In this document: positions 8,928-18,250 of the stretch, in pieces
How positions within the stretch are numbered: the first letter of the stretch is position 1
Layout: the number at the start of each line of letters is the position of its first letter
From: an uncultured delta proteobacterium
GTDB lineage: Bacteria > Desulfobacterota > Binatia > Binatales > Binataceae
Assembly (NCBI GenBank): GCA_963724765.1
Contig: CAVRVY010000003.1
Location: forward strand, 1,606,247 to 1,670,246
Length of the DNA stretch: 64,000 nucleotides
Direction: 5' to 3'
The notes under the pieces: generated by a model
Seen by the model: only the letters and a program-made list of their open reading frames with translations
Databases searched by the model: none
Told to the model about the DNA's origin: nothing
Made by a program: the position numbers and the translations under genes

Positions 8928-10232
8928 GCAGGCCGTTGAGGAAGGGGTTTGATTAGTCAGTGTGATCGCCGTGGTAGTGATAGAAGCGCTGGATTCAGTG
9001 GTCGGGTTCGACGGTTTTCGCTGGCCGAGGCGAGCGCGGCGGTATGGTGGAGTCGTGCTTCATGCGGGGGCCGGGCCGAGTCTGGCGATTCGGAGCAGGT
9101 TGTAGGCGGCGGCCACCAGGTAGGCGTGGAGTTGGGTGCGGTCGAGGTCGCAATAGCGCGTTTTGCGCAGGCCGCCCACGGTCTTCATCCAGCCGAAGAT
9201 CTCTTCGACCCGCTTGCGTACCCTTTGGCTCACCGCGTAGCCGGCATGACGGGCAGTGCGGCGGTCGAGTGCGGAGCCGCCGGCGCGACTCTCATTGCGC
9301 GCGAGGTGCGGGGTGACCTTGAGTGCGCGGCACGCGGCGACGAACTCGGCAGTGTCGTAGCCCTTGTCGGCACCCAGTGTAATCCGCCGGCTGCCCGGCA
9401 ACGCGGTCTCCAGCATCGCACGGGCACTTTTGCGCTCGGCGTAGCCGTCGGCTGGTTCGACCGCGAACTCGATCAGAAGACCGTTGCGGTTCTCCATCAG
9501 CGCGTTGGCCGAGTAACACAACTTCGCTTCCTTGCCCGCGCCCTTCTTCGCCAGCTTCGCCTCGGGGTCGGTGGTCGACTGATGAGTCGCGTTGCGGCGG
9601 CGCTCGCCGTGGAAGTTAATCGTCGGGTTGCCGGGGTCGTCGGGCGGCTGGCTCGGTTCCCGCTCCTTGCGCTTGAAGCTCTTGAGCGACGCCCAGGCCT
9701 CGACCAGCGTGCCATCCACGGTGAAGTGCTCGTCCGAAAGCAACTGCATGGTCCGGGCCTGCGCGACCACGCGGGTAAAAAATTCGCGCGCCACGTCGTG
9801 CTCCAAAAGCCGCGCCCGGTTGCGCGAGAAGGTCGAATGGTCGAAGCTCGGCTCGGCCGCATCCATATCGAGGAACCAGCGGAACAACAGGTTGTAGTCG
9901 AGCTGCTCGCACAACATCCGTTCGCTGCGCACCGTATAGAGCGCCATCAGCAACGAGCCCTTCAGCAGTCGCTCGGGCGGGATCGACGGCCGTCCGATCG
10001 CGCTGTACATCTCATCGAACAGCGGCGAAAGCTGCGCCAGCGCCGCATCGGCGAGTTCCTTGACCCGCCGCAGCGGATGCTCCTTCGGCACCCGATCGCC
10101 AGGCTCCATGATCATCAATATCGCCCGCTGCCGCCGCTCTTCTCCCCGCATCTGCCGCTTCCTCCACCAATCCGATTGCTCACTCTGACGAATTATATCG
10201 AAGTGAAATTCAGGCGTTTATCAACGGCCTGC
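8928..10232 (-). mobile_element. IS5-family element
   Basis: TIRs GCAGGCCGTTGA / TCAACGGCCTGC; TA duplication at 8926-8927 and 10233-10234. Confidence 0.92.
9060..10151 (-). CDS. IS5-family transposase
   Basis: GRPSIPPERLL, YNLLFRWF, VDGTLVEAWAS, GADKGYD, RKRVEEIFGW, AYNLLR. Confidence 0.95.
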   Translation of the reverse strand: MRGEERRQRAILMIMEPGDRVPKEHPLRRVKELADAALAQLSPLFDEMYSAIGRPSIPPERLLKGSLLMALYTVRSERMLCEQLDYNLLFRWFLDMDAAEPSFDHSTFSRNRARLLEHDVAREFFTRVVAQARTMQLLSDEHFTVDGTLVEAWASLKSFKRKEREPSQPPDDPGNPTINFHGERRRNATHQSTTDPEAKLAKKGAGKEAKLCYSANALMENRNGLLIEFAVEPADGYAERKSARAMLETALPGSRRITLGADKGYDTAEFVAACRALKVTPHLARNESRAGGSALDRRTARHAGYAVSQRVRKRVEEIFGWMKTVGGLRKTRYCDLDRTQLHAYLVAAAYNLLRIARLGPAPA

Positions 10233-10292
10233 TAGGGAATATTCGCGCCAAGTTGCTCTCCGGAGCCCGGACGGATCTATATTGATTCGCAT

Positions 10293-10634
10293 TTATCCCA
10301 ACAAAAGAACCTTTAAGCCGATGGCCGTGGCCAGCCATATAATGATGAGTGATCCCGCGACGGCCAAGGCCGAACACTTGTAGTGCATCATCACAAGACA
10401 AACGCAGTAGGCATAAACGCAGAAGGCAATCGCGCCTCCAATCATCGAACGCGCCTCTGTTGCGGCATACATAGCGCCGTCTCGACGCAAGGTAAGAAGC
10501 AGAGTCGCAAGCGCTACCGAGGGAGCAGCACCGAAGAGACCTGCGAAGCTCTTAGGTTTTAGAAGGTCACCAAGAATAGCAAAGACGGAGACGATAGCAC
10601 CGCCAACGATGAAACGAATAAGCGCTTCACTCAT
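10293..10634 (-). CDS. DUF3147-family membrane protein
   Basis: RFIVGG..PKSFAGLFGAAPSVALATL, four TM segments. Confidence 0.8.
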   Translation of the reverse strand: MSEALIRFIVGGAIVSVFAILGDLLKPKSFAGLFGAAPSVALATLLLTLRRDGAMYAATEARSMIGGAIAFCVYAYCVCLVMMHYKCSALAVAGSLIIIWLATAIGLKVLLLG

Positions 10635-10658
10635 AATTCGAGCCCATATTTGACCTCA

Positions 10659-10673
10659 GCAAGACGTGGGCCA
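10659..10673 (-). promoter_or_regulatory. Putative sigma-54 promoter for the DUF3147 operon
   Basis: Minus strand TGGCCCACGTCTTGC, 25 bp upstream of the ATG. Confidence 0.65.
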
Positions 10674-10900
10674 TAGTCTTGTGTCGTCGGATTTTTAATT
10701 CGACCTCAGGGCCTTATCCTGCTCGTACAGGCCGTGCAGTGAGGATGGCAAGCCCATCGGCCTCGCTTGGCAGGCGTATCGGCCTCGATTTTGAAAACAA
10801 GTGCGGACGTGTCTGAGCGATTTTCTTGATTGCAATGCCATACGATCGCTGTAGCGTCACGTAACTCGCGAAGGCGTCGCAAAAACATTTAAATTGTCGC

Positions 10901-10916
10901 AGGCATACGTTTTGCT
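10901..10916 (+). promoter_or_regulatory. Putative sigma-54 promoter
   Basis: AGGCATACGTTTTGCT (GG-N10-GC), about 420 bp before the GT4 gene. Confidence 0.5.
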
Positions 10917-11323
10917 GCAACGAAAGTCTGCCGTCTGATCTGATAGGAAAGTGAATCTGTGTTGGGACATAAAAGCCCGAAGCGAATCCAATCATCCCGG
11001 CTTTGGGCGTTGGCTGATCCGCTGGTCCACGCGAGAACCGTTGGGTTGAAACTTCTAGCGCGACTACGCCCACGAATCTGTCCTGGCGATGATCTGTCCT
11101 GGCGACGATAGATCCAATCAGGCTCGGTCTGAGGCATCGGCGAAGACATCTGCGTAGCTGACCGATGAGCATTGAGTGCTAACGATGACGCTAAAACCGA
11201 TGTCGCTGAATTTGTGACGACCGTTCTCCTGGCTTAACAGGCGGCGAATAATTTCTGCGCTCTGAAAAAGGGGCTGATGCACGTCTTTGCCATCTCCCTA
11301 CATCTAAGCGCGGGGAGACGACA

Positions 11324-12442
11324 TTGAATAATCATGACAATTTGTCACTTCTAAAGCACGAACGTTTACGTATCGCTCAGCTAGCTCCACTGTATGAGCC
11401 GGTGCCACCGAGGTTATATGGCGGCACTGAACGCATGGTTTCATACATAACCGAAGAACTGGTTCGCCGCGGCCACGAAGTGACTATGTTTGCGTCGGGC
11501 GACTCTCGTACGGGAGCTCGGTTGATCCCGTGCTGTAATCAAGCCTTGCGCCTGTCCGGCAAGCCGCAACTTGGCGCATCGCTTCAGTTGGCAATGCTGG
11601 CGAAGGCTTTTGACAAAGAGCGCGAGCCCTTTGACATTATCCATTCACATATTGACTACTGGACTTTCCCATTCTCTAGTATTACCGGCGCGCCGACAGT
11701 ATCCACGATGCATGGGCGTATGGATATAGATGACCTGCACCCCATCTATCAGCGATTTCCCCGGGCAGCGTTGGTGTCCATCAGCAACTCGCAACGTCTT
11801 CCATTGCCGAATCTGAACTGGGTAGAGACTGTTTACCATGGGATACCGCGCGACCTGTTGAAATTCAACGCTAGACCTGGACAATACCTCGCATTCATCG
11901 GGCGCATCTCGCCGGAAAAACGGCCGGACCTGGCGATCGAAATCGCTCGTCGGTCCGGTGTACCACTGAAGATTGCGGCCAAGGTGGATGTCGTCGATCG
12001 TCAGTACTTCGAAGCCGTGATCAAACCGCTCATCCAGCCGCCGCATGTCGAATATATCGGCGAAATCAACGATGCTGAAAAGAGCGAATTTCTCGGTGGC
12101 GCGCGTGCACTGTTATTTCCGATAGACTGGCCGGAGCCGTTCGGCCTCGCGATGGTCGAGGCGCTCGCGTGTGGGACGCCGGTAATCGCGCGGCCGTGCG
12201 GGTCGGTTCCGGAAGTGATGAAACCGGGAGTCAGCGGCTTCGTCGCCGCAGATATCGCGGATATGGCCGCCGCGGTACACAAGATCGATGCGATTCCGCG
12301 GGAGCAATGTCGTCGCTATTTCGAAGAGCGATTTACTGTTGAGAAGATGGTAGACAAGTACGAACGGGTGTATGGACGGCTTATCGGCTCAAAGGAAATC
12401 AGGCCGCAGACATTTGTCGACCAGCCGGCCGCCGCTCGCTAG
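11324..12442 (+). CDS. Glycosyltransferase family 4
   Basis: IAQLAP..VPPRLYGGTER, GRISPEK, WPEPFGLAMVEALACGTPV. Confidence 0.95.
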   Translation: MNNHDNLSLLKHERLRIAQLAPLYEPVPPRLYGGTERMVSYITEELVRRGHEVTMFASGDSRTGARLIPCCNQALRLSGKPQLGASLQLAMLAKAFDKEREPFDIIHSHIDYWTFPFSSITGAPTVSTMHGRMDIDDLHPIYQRFPRAALVSISNSQRLPLPNLNWVETVYHGIPRDLLKFNARPGQYLAFIGRISPEKRPDLAIEIARRSGVPLKIAAKVDVVDRQYFEAVIKPLIQPPHVEYIGEINDAEKSEFLGGARALLFPIDWPEPFGLAMVEALACGTPVIARPCGSVPEVMKPGVSGFVAADIADMAAAVHKIDAIPREQCRRYFEERFTVEKMVDKYERVYGRLIGSKEIRPQTFVDQPAAAR

Positions 12443-12620
12443 CAAAAGTGGCCGGGGCTGACGTCGCGGCGTTAAGCGATTGGGAAGGTGCTGATTAGTT
12501 GGGCTGACAAGCGACGGTCGTGCCGATTGTGGGTTCGAGCACTTACGAGTAACTAGATTGATCTCCTTTCTACTGACTGCCCTTGGCTGCGGGAGGTCGC
12601 ATCGGTTGTACGATTCGCGC

Positions 12621-12995
12621 TTAGGCGCTCCGCCTTCGCGAGGCTTGTTGAGCGTCTTTCGACTGGCAACCTACGCAGTAAATTGCAGAAGGAATCGCCT
12701 TTAGCCTCTCAAACGGAATCTCTTCTCCGCAGTCAAGACAAATCCCATATTGGCCGTCATCCAGTCTGGTCAGAGCGTTATTTATCTGAGCGAGCTGCTG
12801 CTCGGCGCGTTCAATGATGCTCGCATGGGTGTCTGCGTCAACCAGAGACTTGGCGACGTCCATGACGTCTCCGGGCGACGATACTATTTCCAGATTCTGC
12901 TTGCGGCGGAGTGTTTTCACCCGTTCACAGAGGTCTTCGCGCCCCCGTGCAAGCGTATGTCTCAGCTTGGCAATACGCTGACGATTATGCTTCAT
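12621..12995 (-). CDS. TraR/DksA C4 zinc-finger protein
   Basis: GDVMD coiled-coil tip, YGICLDCGEEIPFERLKAIPSAIYCVGCQ. Confidence 0.92.
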   Translation of the reverse strand: MKHNRQRIAKLRHTLARGREDLCERVKTLRRKQNLEIVSSPGDVMDVAKSLVDADTHASIIERAEQQLAQINNALTRLDDGQYGICLDCGEEIPFERLKAIPSAIYCVGCQSKDAQQASRRRSA

Positions 12996-13082
12996 AAGCC
13001 GGCTCTCTCAATATCGGTGGGGCATGGGCATGCAGGCCAGACGCAAATTCTTTCCGGAAACTCGGATATCTTGGCGAACGAC

Positions 13083-13097
13083 GCAATGACCGTGCCC
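13083..13097 (-). promoter_or_regulatory. Putative sigma-54 promoter for the dksA-like gene
   Basis: Minus strand GGGCACGGTCATTGC. Confidence 0.65.
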
Positions 13098-13461
13098 GAT
13101 AAACACCCTTGGAATTTACAAGCCTGAGAACACCGAATGGCTTCGTAGTGATGAAGACTGAGTGGAGACTTCAGATTGCTTTGGAGTTGGGTGCGCCGGT
13201 CCAGATACTCGATTCAAGACTAAATTATTGACGCTTTGGCGTGAGAGTAGGAGGGGCCTCCACTCGGCACATGCGGGTCGCGAATTCATGAGAACGATGT
13301 ATCCATGCGAAGGTCTGGTATCAAGGAGACCGTGCTTGACTTACACGCCTGCCGAAACAATTTGCTTGTAAATGTTTGCAAAAATATGAGCTGGACGTAG
13401 AATTTCCAAAGCCGGCCATGAAAAGCGCCGTAATTAACTACACTTTAAGGAATCAGGACGA

Positions 13462-13477
13462 CGGCATGCGGAATGCT
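13462..13477 (+). promoter_or_regulatory. Putative sigma-54 promoter for the SEC-C microprotein
   Basis: CGGCATGCGGAATGCT (GG-N10-GC). Confidence 0.6.
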
Positions 13478-13531
13478 TGAATCTAACTAAGTCGGATCGG
13501 TGAGGAGCGCAACAAAAGGAGGAATGAATCA

Positions 13532-13606
13532 ATGCCCCAGCCAAATGACAAATGCCCGTGCGGTTCGGGAAAGGCTTACAAGGATTGCTGCGGCAAATCC
13601 AAATAA
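13532..13606 (+). CDS. Standalone SEC-C metal-binding microprotein (24 aa)
   Basis: MPQPNDKCPCGSGKAYKDCCGKSK then TAA; SD AGGAGG at 13517-13522; below the ORF-track length cutoff. Confidence 0.8.
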   Translation: MPQPNDKCPCGSGKAYKDCCGKSK

Positions 13607-14118
13607 GTCTCGCCCCAGTATCTAAAACATTATTTTGCAACTGAGAAGACGGGCTGAATAAATCGGCCTGTCTTTTCAGTTCTGGTGTTGTGAAGCTAAG
13701 TTCGAGCCGCATACAGGTCGAGGATGGATCGGCCCGGTGGGGACTATGCTGCTGCAGTCGCGCCAGACGCATGCGTCTCGGTGCCATGAATTTGAGGCGG
13801 GATTAGGGATTTGGGGGTTTATCCAACCTAGCTAGACGCTTCGGCCGATGGGCGTGGGAGGATCGTACATCGATCTGCCGTAAGCGGGCTCCTCTGAATT
13901 GAATCGGCTCGTAGCCCGTAACATCGCCGTAATCAGCAGCACGTAGGCCGACGTCTGTTCGTCTTGCGATCGTTACGTCTTGGCGATTAACCCTTAAATC
14001 AAACGCATCGATGAAAAGGAGGTTGAAAGTCCTGGCTTTTGAAACAATTCCTCAAGCAGCGGGCGTAATCGGCCTAAGTATCGGCAAACATCCCTGCCTC
14101 TTCTTATAACCAAGTGTT

Positions 14119-14134
14119 CGGCACGCCTGTTGCT
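14119..14134 (+). promoter_or_regulatory. Putative sigma-54 promoter for AI-2E/udgX
   Basis: CGGCACGCCTGTTGCT, near consensus. Confidence 0.7.
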
Positions 14135-14350
14135 GCCAACCTGAATGGTTTTACGAAGAATATTCAAACGCTTGCGCGGGTCAACTCAAACAAAATTGCA
14201 GCCCAGGGGTTTCGTGTCTCCGCTGAAAACTGCATACGGTTCATTTTGGTTTTGCTCGAGTTCTAAGCTTGAGAATGATGCCTGTCGCCAATACTTCTCT
14301 GGCCAGGGCGACCAGGCGTTCTCACGACCCGCAGCAGAGGAAAAAAATTA

Positions 14351-16159
14351 ATGGCGCGTTCGCTTTCCTTTGATGACGATAGCGACGACAGTTTCGACCC
14401 TGGCCGAGCCACGCGGCCAATCTTAGCGATTATCGTCGCAACCGCTGTCTTTTATCTCGGGAGAGATATTTTGATGCCACTGGCGATGGCGTCAATGCTC
14501 GCGGTCATTTTTAGTCCCGTCGCTAATCGGCTAGAGCCGTTTGTCGGCCGCTTGGTAAGTGCCGCGTTGATCATCCTCGCGGCGGTCGTCGCTCTCGTAG
14601 CGGTCGGCTATTTCCTCACTGTTGAGCTTACTGAGATTGCAGTGGAAGTTTCCGGCTATTCCAACAATATAGCGGTTAAGCTGAGTGCGCTGGAGAAAAG
14701 CACGCCTCTATGGCTCCAGCGAGTCGAGCATAGCGTCGGCGACATTGAGCAGCAGCTGCAAGACACGAATCATAAGACAGCGAAGCACAAACCCACGATA
14801 GTACAAGCGCTTCCCAGCTCGCCGGCGCTTGCTGAAGTACTGAAACCGGCCATGCCCGTGCTCGAGGCAGTCGGCCAGGGTCTGCTTGTGATTGTGCTGC
14901 TTTTCTTTTTGCTCTACAGCCGGCAAGACCTGCGTGACCGTTTCGTCAGACTCGCTGCGCGCGCCAGGATACCTGTCGCCGCGCAGGCCATCGAGACTGC
15001 CGGAGACACCGTTGGCCGCTACCTATTCCTCTTTTCACTGACAAATCTAGCATTCGGGATCGCAACTGGCACCATTGTCTGGTTGCTTGGCCTGCCTAAT
15101 CCGGAGTTCTGGGGCGGCCTCGGTTTCTTGCTCCGATTCATACCTTATGTCGGAGCCTTGACGTCGGCGATACTGCCGACGCTGGTGGCGTTCGCCGTTT
15201 TTCCCGGATGGAGTAAATCGATAGAGGTGCTGGGAACGTTTGTGCTTCTGGATCAGGCCGCCGCGCAATTCGTCGAACCCTTCCTTATTGGCCGCGGAAT
15301 CGGAGTATCACCGGTAGCGTTGCTGTTTTCGGCCATGTATTGGACCTGGGTGTGGGGAATTCCAGGCCTGCTGCTTGCCACACCTTTAACTGCCTGTCTT
15401 AAGGTGGCAGGTGACTACGTCCCGGCCCTGGGATTTCTAGCGGTCCTGCTCGGCGTCGATCAGCGTTCAGAAGACTATCACGAATACTATCGCAGACTTC
15501 TGGAGCTTGATCAGAACGGTGCTCGCTCACTCGCGCTTCGCTACTGCGATGAGCACGGTCTTGAGCCTGTCTTCAACGACATTATTGTCCCCACATTAGT
15601 ATTTATGGGTGAAGAACGCACGGAGGATCACATCAGCCAGGAGAATGAGCGATTTATCGTAGATACTACTCGTGAGATAATCGCCGAGGTAGGCAATCGG
15701 TTAAGCAAGCCGCGCATAGCTCCGAGGCTTCGCATCTTGGGTGTGTGCGCGCCTGGAGAAGGGCATACCCTTGGACTACTGATGTTATTGGAGCTTCTGC
15801 GGCAGGATGGAGCGGCAGCAAGCTTTGTTGGTGATAACAAATCTGCCGAGGAAGTGCGCGGCTTCGCCAGGCGCTTCACCCCGGACGTCGTGTGCCTGTC
15901 GTGTACGGTTACCGAGTCACTGCCAGCAGCCACGGAACTAACCCAGGAGTTGAAGAAGGATTCTCCGCAACTCATAATTGTTGCAGGCGGAGCCGCTGCT
16001 ATGGCGGAGCCTTCCAAGTTACTGGTGGCTGGATGTTCACAAGTCTGTTGGAGCAAAAGTGAGGTGCGGCGTCTGATCAGGAGTTACGGACTGCAGCGCG
16101 CGCGAGTTCGAGTTGTCGGAACGACACGCTCTGTCGGTCCGCGGATGAGCAACAGCTGA
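14351..16159 (+). CDS. AI-2E family transporter with C-terminal cobalamin-binding-like domains
   Basis: TM core with LRFIPYVG, EPFLIG, WGIPGLLLATPLT; C-terminal helical cap plus CAPGEGHTLG..VCLSCT..AGG. Confidence 0.85.
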   Translation: MARSLSFDDDSDDSFDPGRATRPILAIIVATAVFYLGRDILMPLAMASMLAVIFSPVANRLEPFVGRLVSAALIILAAVVALVAVGYFLTVELTEIAVEVSGYSNNIAVKLSALEKSTPLWLQRVEHSVGDIEQQLQDTNHKTAKHKPTIVQALPSSPALAEVLKPAMPVLEAVGQGLLVIVLLFFLLYSRQDLRDRFVRLAARARIPVAAQAIETAGDTVGRYLFLFSLTNLAFGIATGTIVWLLGLPNPEFWGGLGFLLRFIPYVGALTSAILPTLVAFAVFPGWSKSIEVLGTFVLLDQAAAQFVEPFLIGRGIGVSPVALLFSAMYWTWVWGIPGLLLATPLTACLKVAGDYVPALGFLAVLLGVDQRSEDYHEYYRRLLELDQNGARSLALRYCDEHGLEPVFNDIIVPTLVFMGEERTEDHISQENERFIVDTTREIIAEVGNRLSKPRIAPRLRILGVCAPGEGHTLGLLMLLELLRQDGAAASFVGDNKSAEEVRGFARRFTPDVVCLSCTVTESLPAATELTQELKKDSPQLIIVAGGAAAMAEPSKLLVAGCSQVCWSKSEVRRLIRSYGLQRARVRVVGTTRSVGPRMSNS

Positions 16160-16221
16160 TCAAATCGAAATAATCGCATCACTGTCACGGACGCCTAGAA
16201 TAAGTAGCGATGTAGATTCTG

Positions 16222-16914
16222 ATGAGGCGTAAGAGCCAAGGCCGCGAGTCTCATTCAGGTCAGAGCGCGATACCTTTCAGCTATTCAATCGAGGAGCTCG
16301 CGGAAGCCGCAACGAGCTGCCGTAGCTGCGATATTTGGAGCCGCGCTACGCAGACCGTGTTCGGCAAGGGGAACGCGCAGGCCGAGGTGATGTTCGTCGG
16401 AGAACAACCGGGCAATCAGGAAGACCTTGCTGGTTATCCGTTCGTCGGGCCGGCCGGCAAGGTACTCGATAAGGCGCTTGTCGCTGCCGGAATCGCCCGT
16501 GACAAAGTATACATCACTAACGTGGTCAAGCATTTCAACTCGATTCAGCGCGGCAAGTGGAGAATTCACAAAAAGCCAAACGCCGAAGAGATAGCTGCCT
16601 GCCGTCCATGGCTGAATGCTGAAATCGCCATGATTCGTCCTAAGGTGGTGGTCTGTTTGGGCGCCAGCGCCGCGCAGGCGTTGATCAGTCGCGACTATCG
16701 GGTCACACAACACCGCGGACAACTTCAAAAATCGGGTTTTGGTCCAATGATAACCGCGACCGTGCATCCTTCTTCGATATTGAGGGCTACGGGCGATGAA
16801 GCCAGGCGACTCCAGATGCGGCAGTTTGTGACCGACCTGAAGACAATCGCGCGTGCCCTACCAGAGTCAGCATTAATAAAAGGGGCTCATAGCGATTCTC
16901 GGAGCAAGTCTTAG
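16222..16914 (+). CDS. udgX: UdgX-type family-4 uracil-DNA glycosylase
   Basis: CRSC Fe-S ligands, VGEQPG, PFVGPAG, TNVVKHF, GKWRIHKKP loop, TVHPS. Confidence 0.85.
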   Translation: MRRKSQGRESHSGQSAIPFSYSIEELAEAATSCRSCDIWSRATQTVFGKGNAQAEVMFVGEQPGNQEDLAGYPFVGPAGKVLDKALVAAGIARDKVYITNVVKHFNSIQRGKWRIHKKPNAEEIAACRPWLNAEIAMIRPKVVVCLGASAAQALISRDYRVTQHRGQLQKSGFGPMITATVHPSSILRATGDEARRLQMRQFVTDLKTIARALPESALIKGAHSDSRSKS

Positions 16915-16946
16915 AAGTGAGGGCGGAGCCTGATAACCCGGTTCTC

Positions 16947-18023
16947 TCAAGACTTTCGATACTCTCGCCACTCTTTCTCCATGACTTTGGCCATTGCTTT
17001 GCCAGCCGAACGTAGCCAGTCAGGTTTTTGCCGATCCAGGTCTTTTAGTACGTTGCCTACCTGACGCTTAGCCCCGAGATGAACATTTGCCGCTTCGGAG
17101 CCCATCGCACGGAGGAGCGTGTATTCGTCGCGCTTCTTCGGTAGGCTAGCAATGTCAATCGGATTGGAATCCGGGGACAGTCGTCGCACTATCCACTTAC
17201 CCTCGATTAGCTGAAATGGATCGTGAGCACGAACAGCGGAGGCGATAGCCCGCTCATAGTAGGAGTTGCGGTCGCCTGTTCGTCCGTCGATCCAATGGAG
17301 GGATGATGGAACCATTTCCTTGGCTTCGCGCGCGATGCAGCCTCCCTCCCAATGCGCGATAGCTACGAAGCGCAGTTGCCCGAGACTTCCCAATCCGGCT
17401 TTTCTTAAGACGACTTTGTAGTCCATTTGTCGATCAGGAAGTGTCTTTTCAAGTGCGCGCCTGACATCACGAGGCAGTGTGTTTCTCACCACCGGACACG
17501 TATTCAGCTTCTTCCAGAAATCCTTTGGCGGTTTGAATGCATCGAGACCGAGCTTTTCAAGAATCATCTCGTGCTCCGCCAACACAATCGGGCAACCCCC
17601 GCTCTTCAAGGATTCTTTATAGCCTTCTAAAATGATGCTACAAGCATCCTTCAGACCAATCGTGAGGGAGCCAGAGTCGCTTACTATTGTGACGCTAGCC
17701 GCCAGGCGTACCAGGTCGCTTGTGTACGGCAGGGGATAAGAGTCGTCGAAGTCGTCCACACCCCAGGCAAGGCGACCCTCCGAATCGCGCCAGGTCCCGA
17801 AACTGTTGACGTGCAAATCGCCGACGGCGATGACTGTGGGCGCTTTTGTCAGATCAGCGCAGACCTCTGGCCATAGTTGAGCCCAACGGTAAAACGTCCC
17901 ACGAAAAAACAAGAACAGATCAGACCTCATCTGCTCGTGTTTGTCCTGCAATTCGGACTGGGTGACTGGCACGCAAGCCCGCATCCAGCTTTCATAGCTT
18001 CTGGTTGCTTGCCGGATATTCAT
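16947..18023 (-). CDS. DUF2252 family protein (kinase-like)
   Basis: FFRGTF, GDLHVNSFG, DDFDD, GLGSLG. Confidence 0.8.
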   Translation of the reverse strand: MNIRQATRSYESWMRACVPVTQSELQDKHEQMRSDLFLFFRGTFYRWAQLWPEVCADLTKAPTVIAVGDLHVNSFGTWRDSEGRLAWGVDDFDDSYPLPYTSDLVRLAASVTIVSDSGSLTIGLKDACSIILEGYKESLKSGGCPIVLAEHEMILEKLGLDAFKPPKDFWKKLNTCPVVRNTLPRDVRRALEKTLPDRQMDYKVVLRKAGLGSLGQLRFVAIAHWEGGCIAREAKEMVPSSLHWIDGRTGDRNSYYERAIASAVRAHDPFQLIEGKWIVRRLSPDSNPIDIASLPKKRDEYTLLRAMGSEAANVHLGAKRQVGNVLKDLDRQKPDWLRSAGKAMAKVMEKEWREYRKS

Positions 18024-18250
18024 CGTCGCTTCGACCTCAGATCGTGGTTGCATCGGCGGCGGCGCCCGAACGTGCCAGATGACCAAGAGTTGGGATGATG
18101 AACGCAGAGAAGGCGAGAATCAGAAGCGCGAGGGCTTCGAAGTATTGGGGCAAGTGCGGCAGTTTATCCGTCCATGACACTATTGCGGCTAGTCCAGGCG
18201 CTGGAGCGCAAGAGTTACTCGCGTTGTCTGTATCTTCATGGCAGATTGTG

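Larger units (their letters stand above)
8566..10292 (-). pseudogene. DUF3147-family membrane protein interrupted by IS5
   Basis: Removing the IS and one TA restores MRINIDPSGLRRATWREYSLRFLFGGLITAATG..GGLFLAFP in frame. Confidence 0.85.

Noticed and set aside
8949-10235. 428-aa plus-strand ORF
   Set aside because: Antisense shadow of the IS5 transposase
10714-11172. 152-aa and 86-aa minus-strand ORFs
   Set aside because: No recognisable motif or convincing RBS
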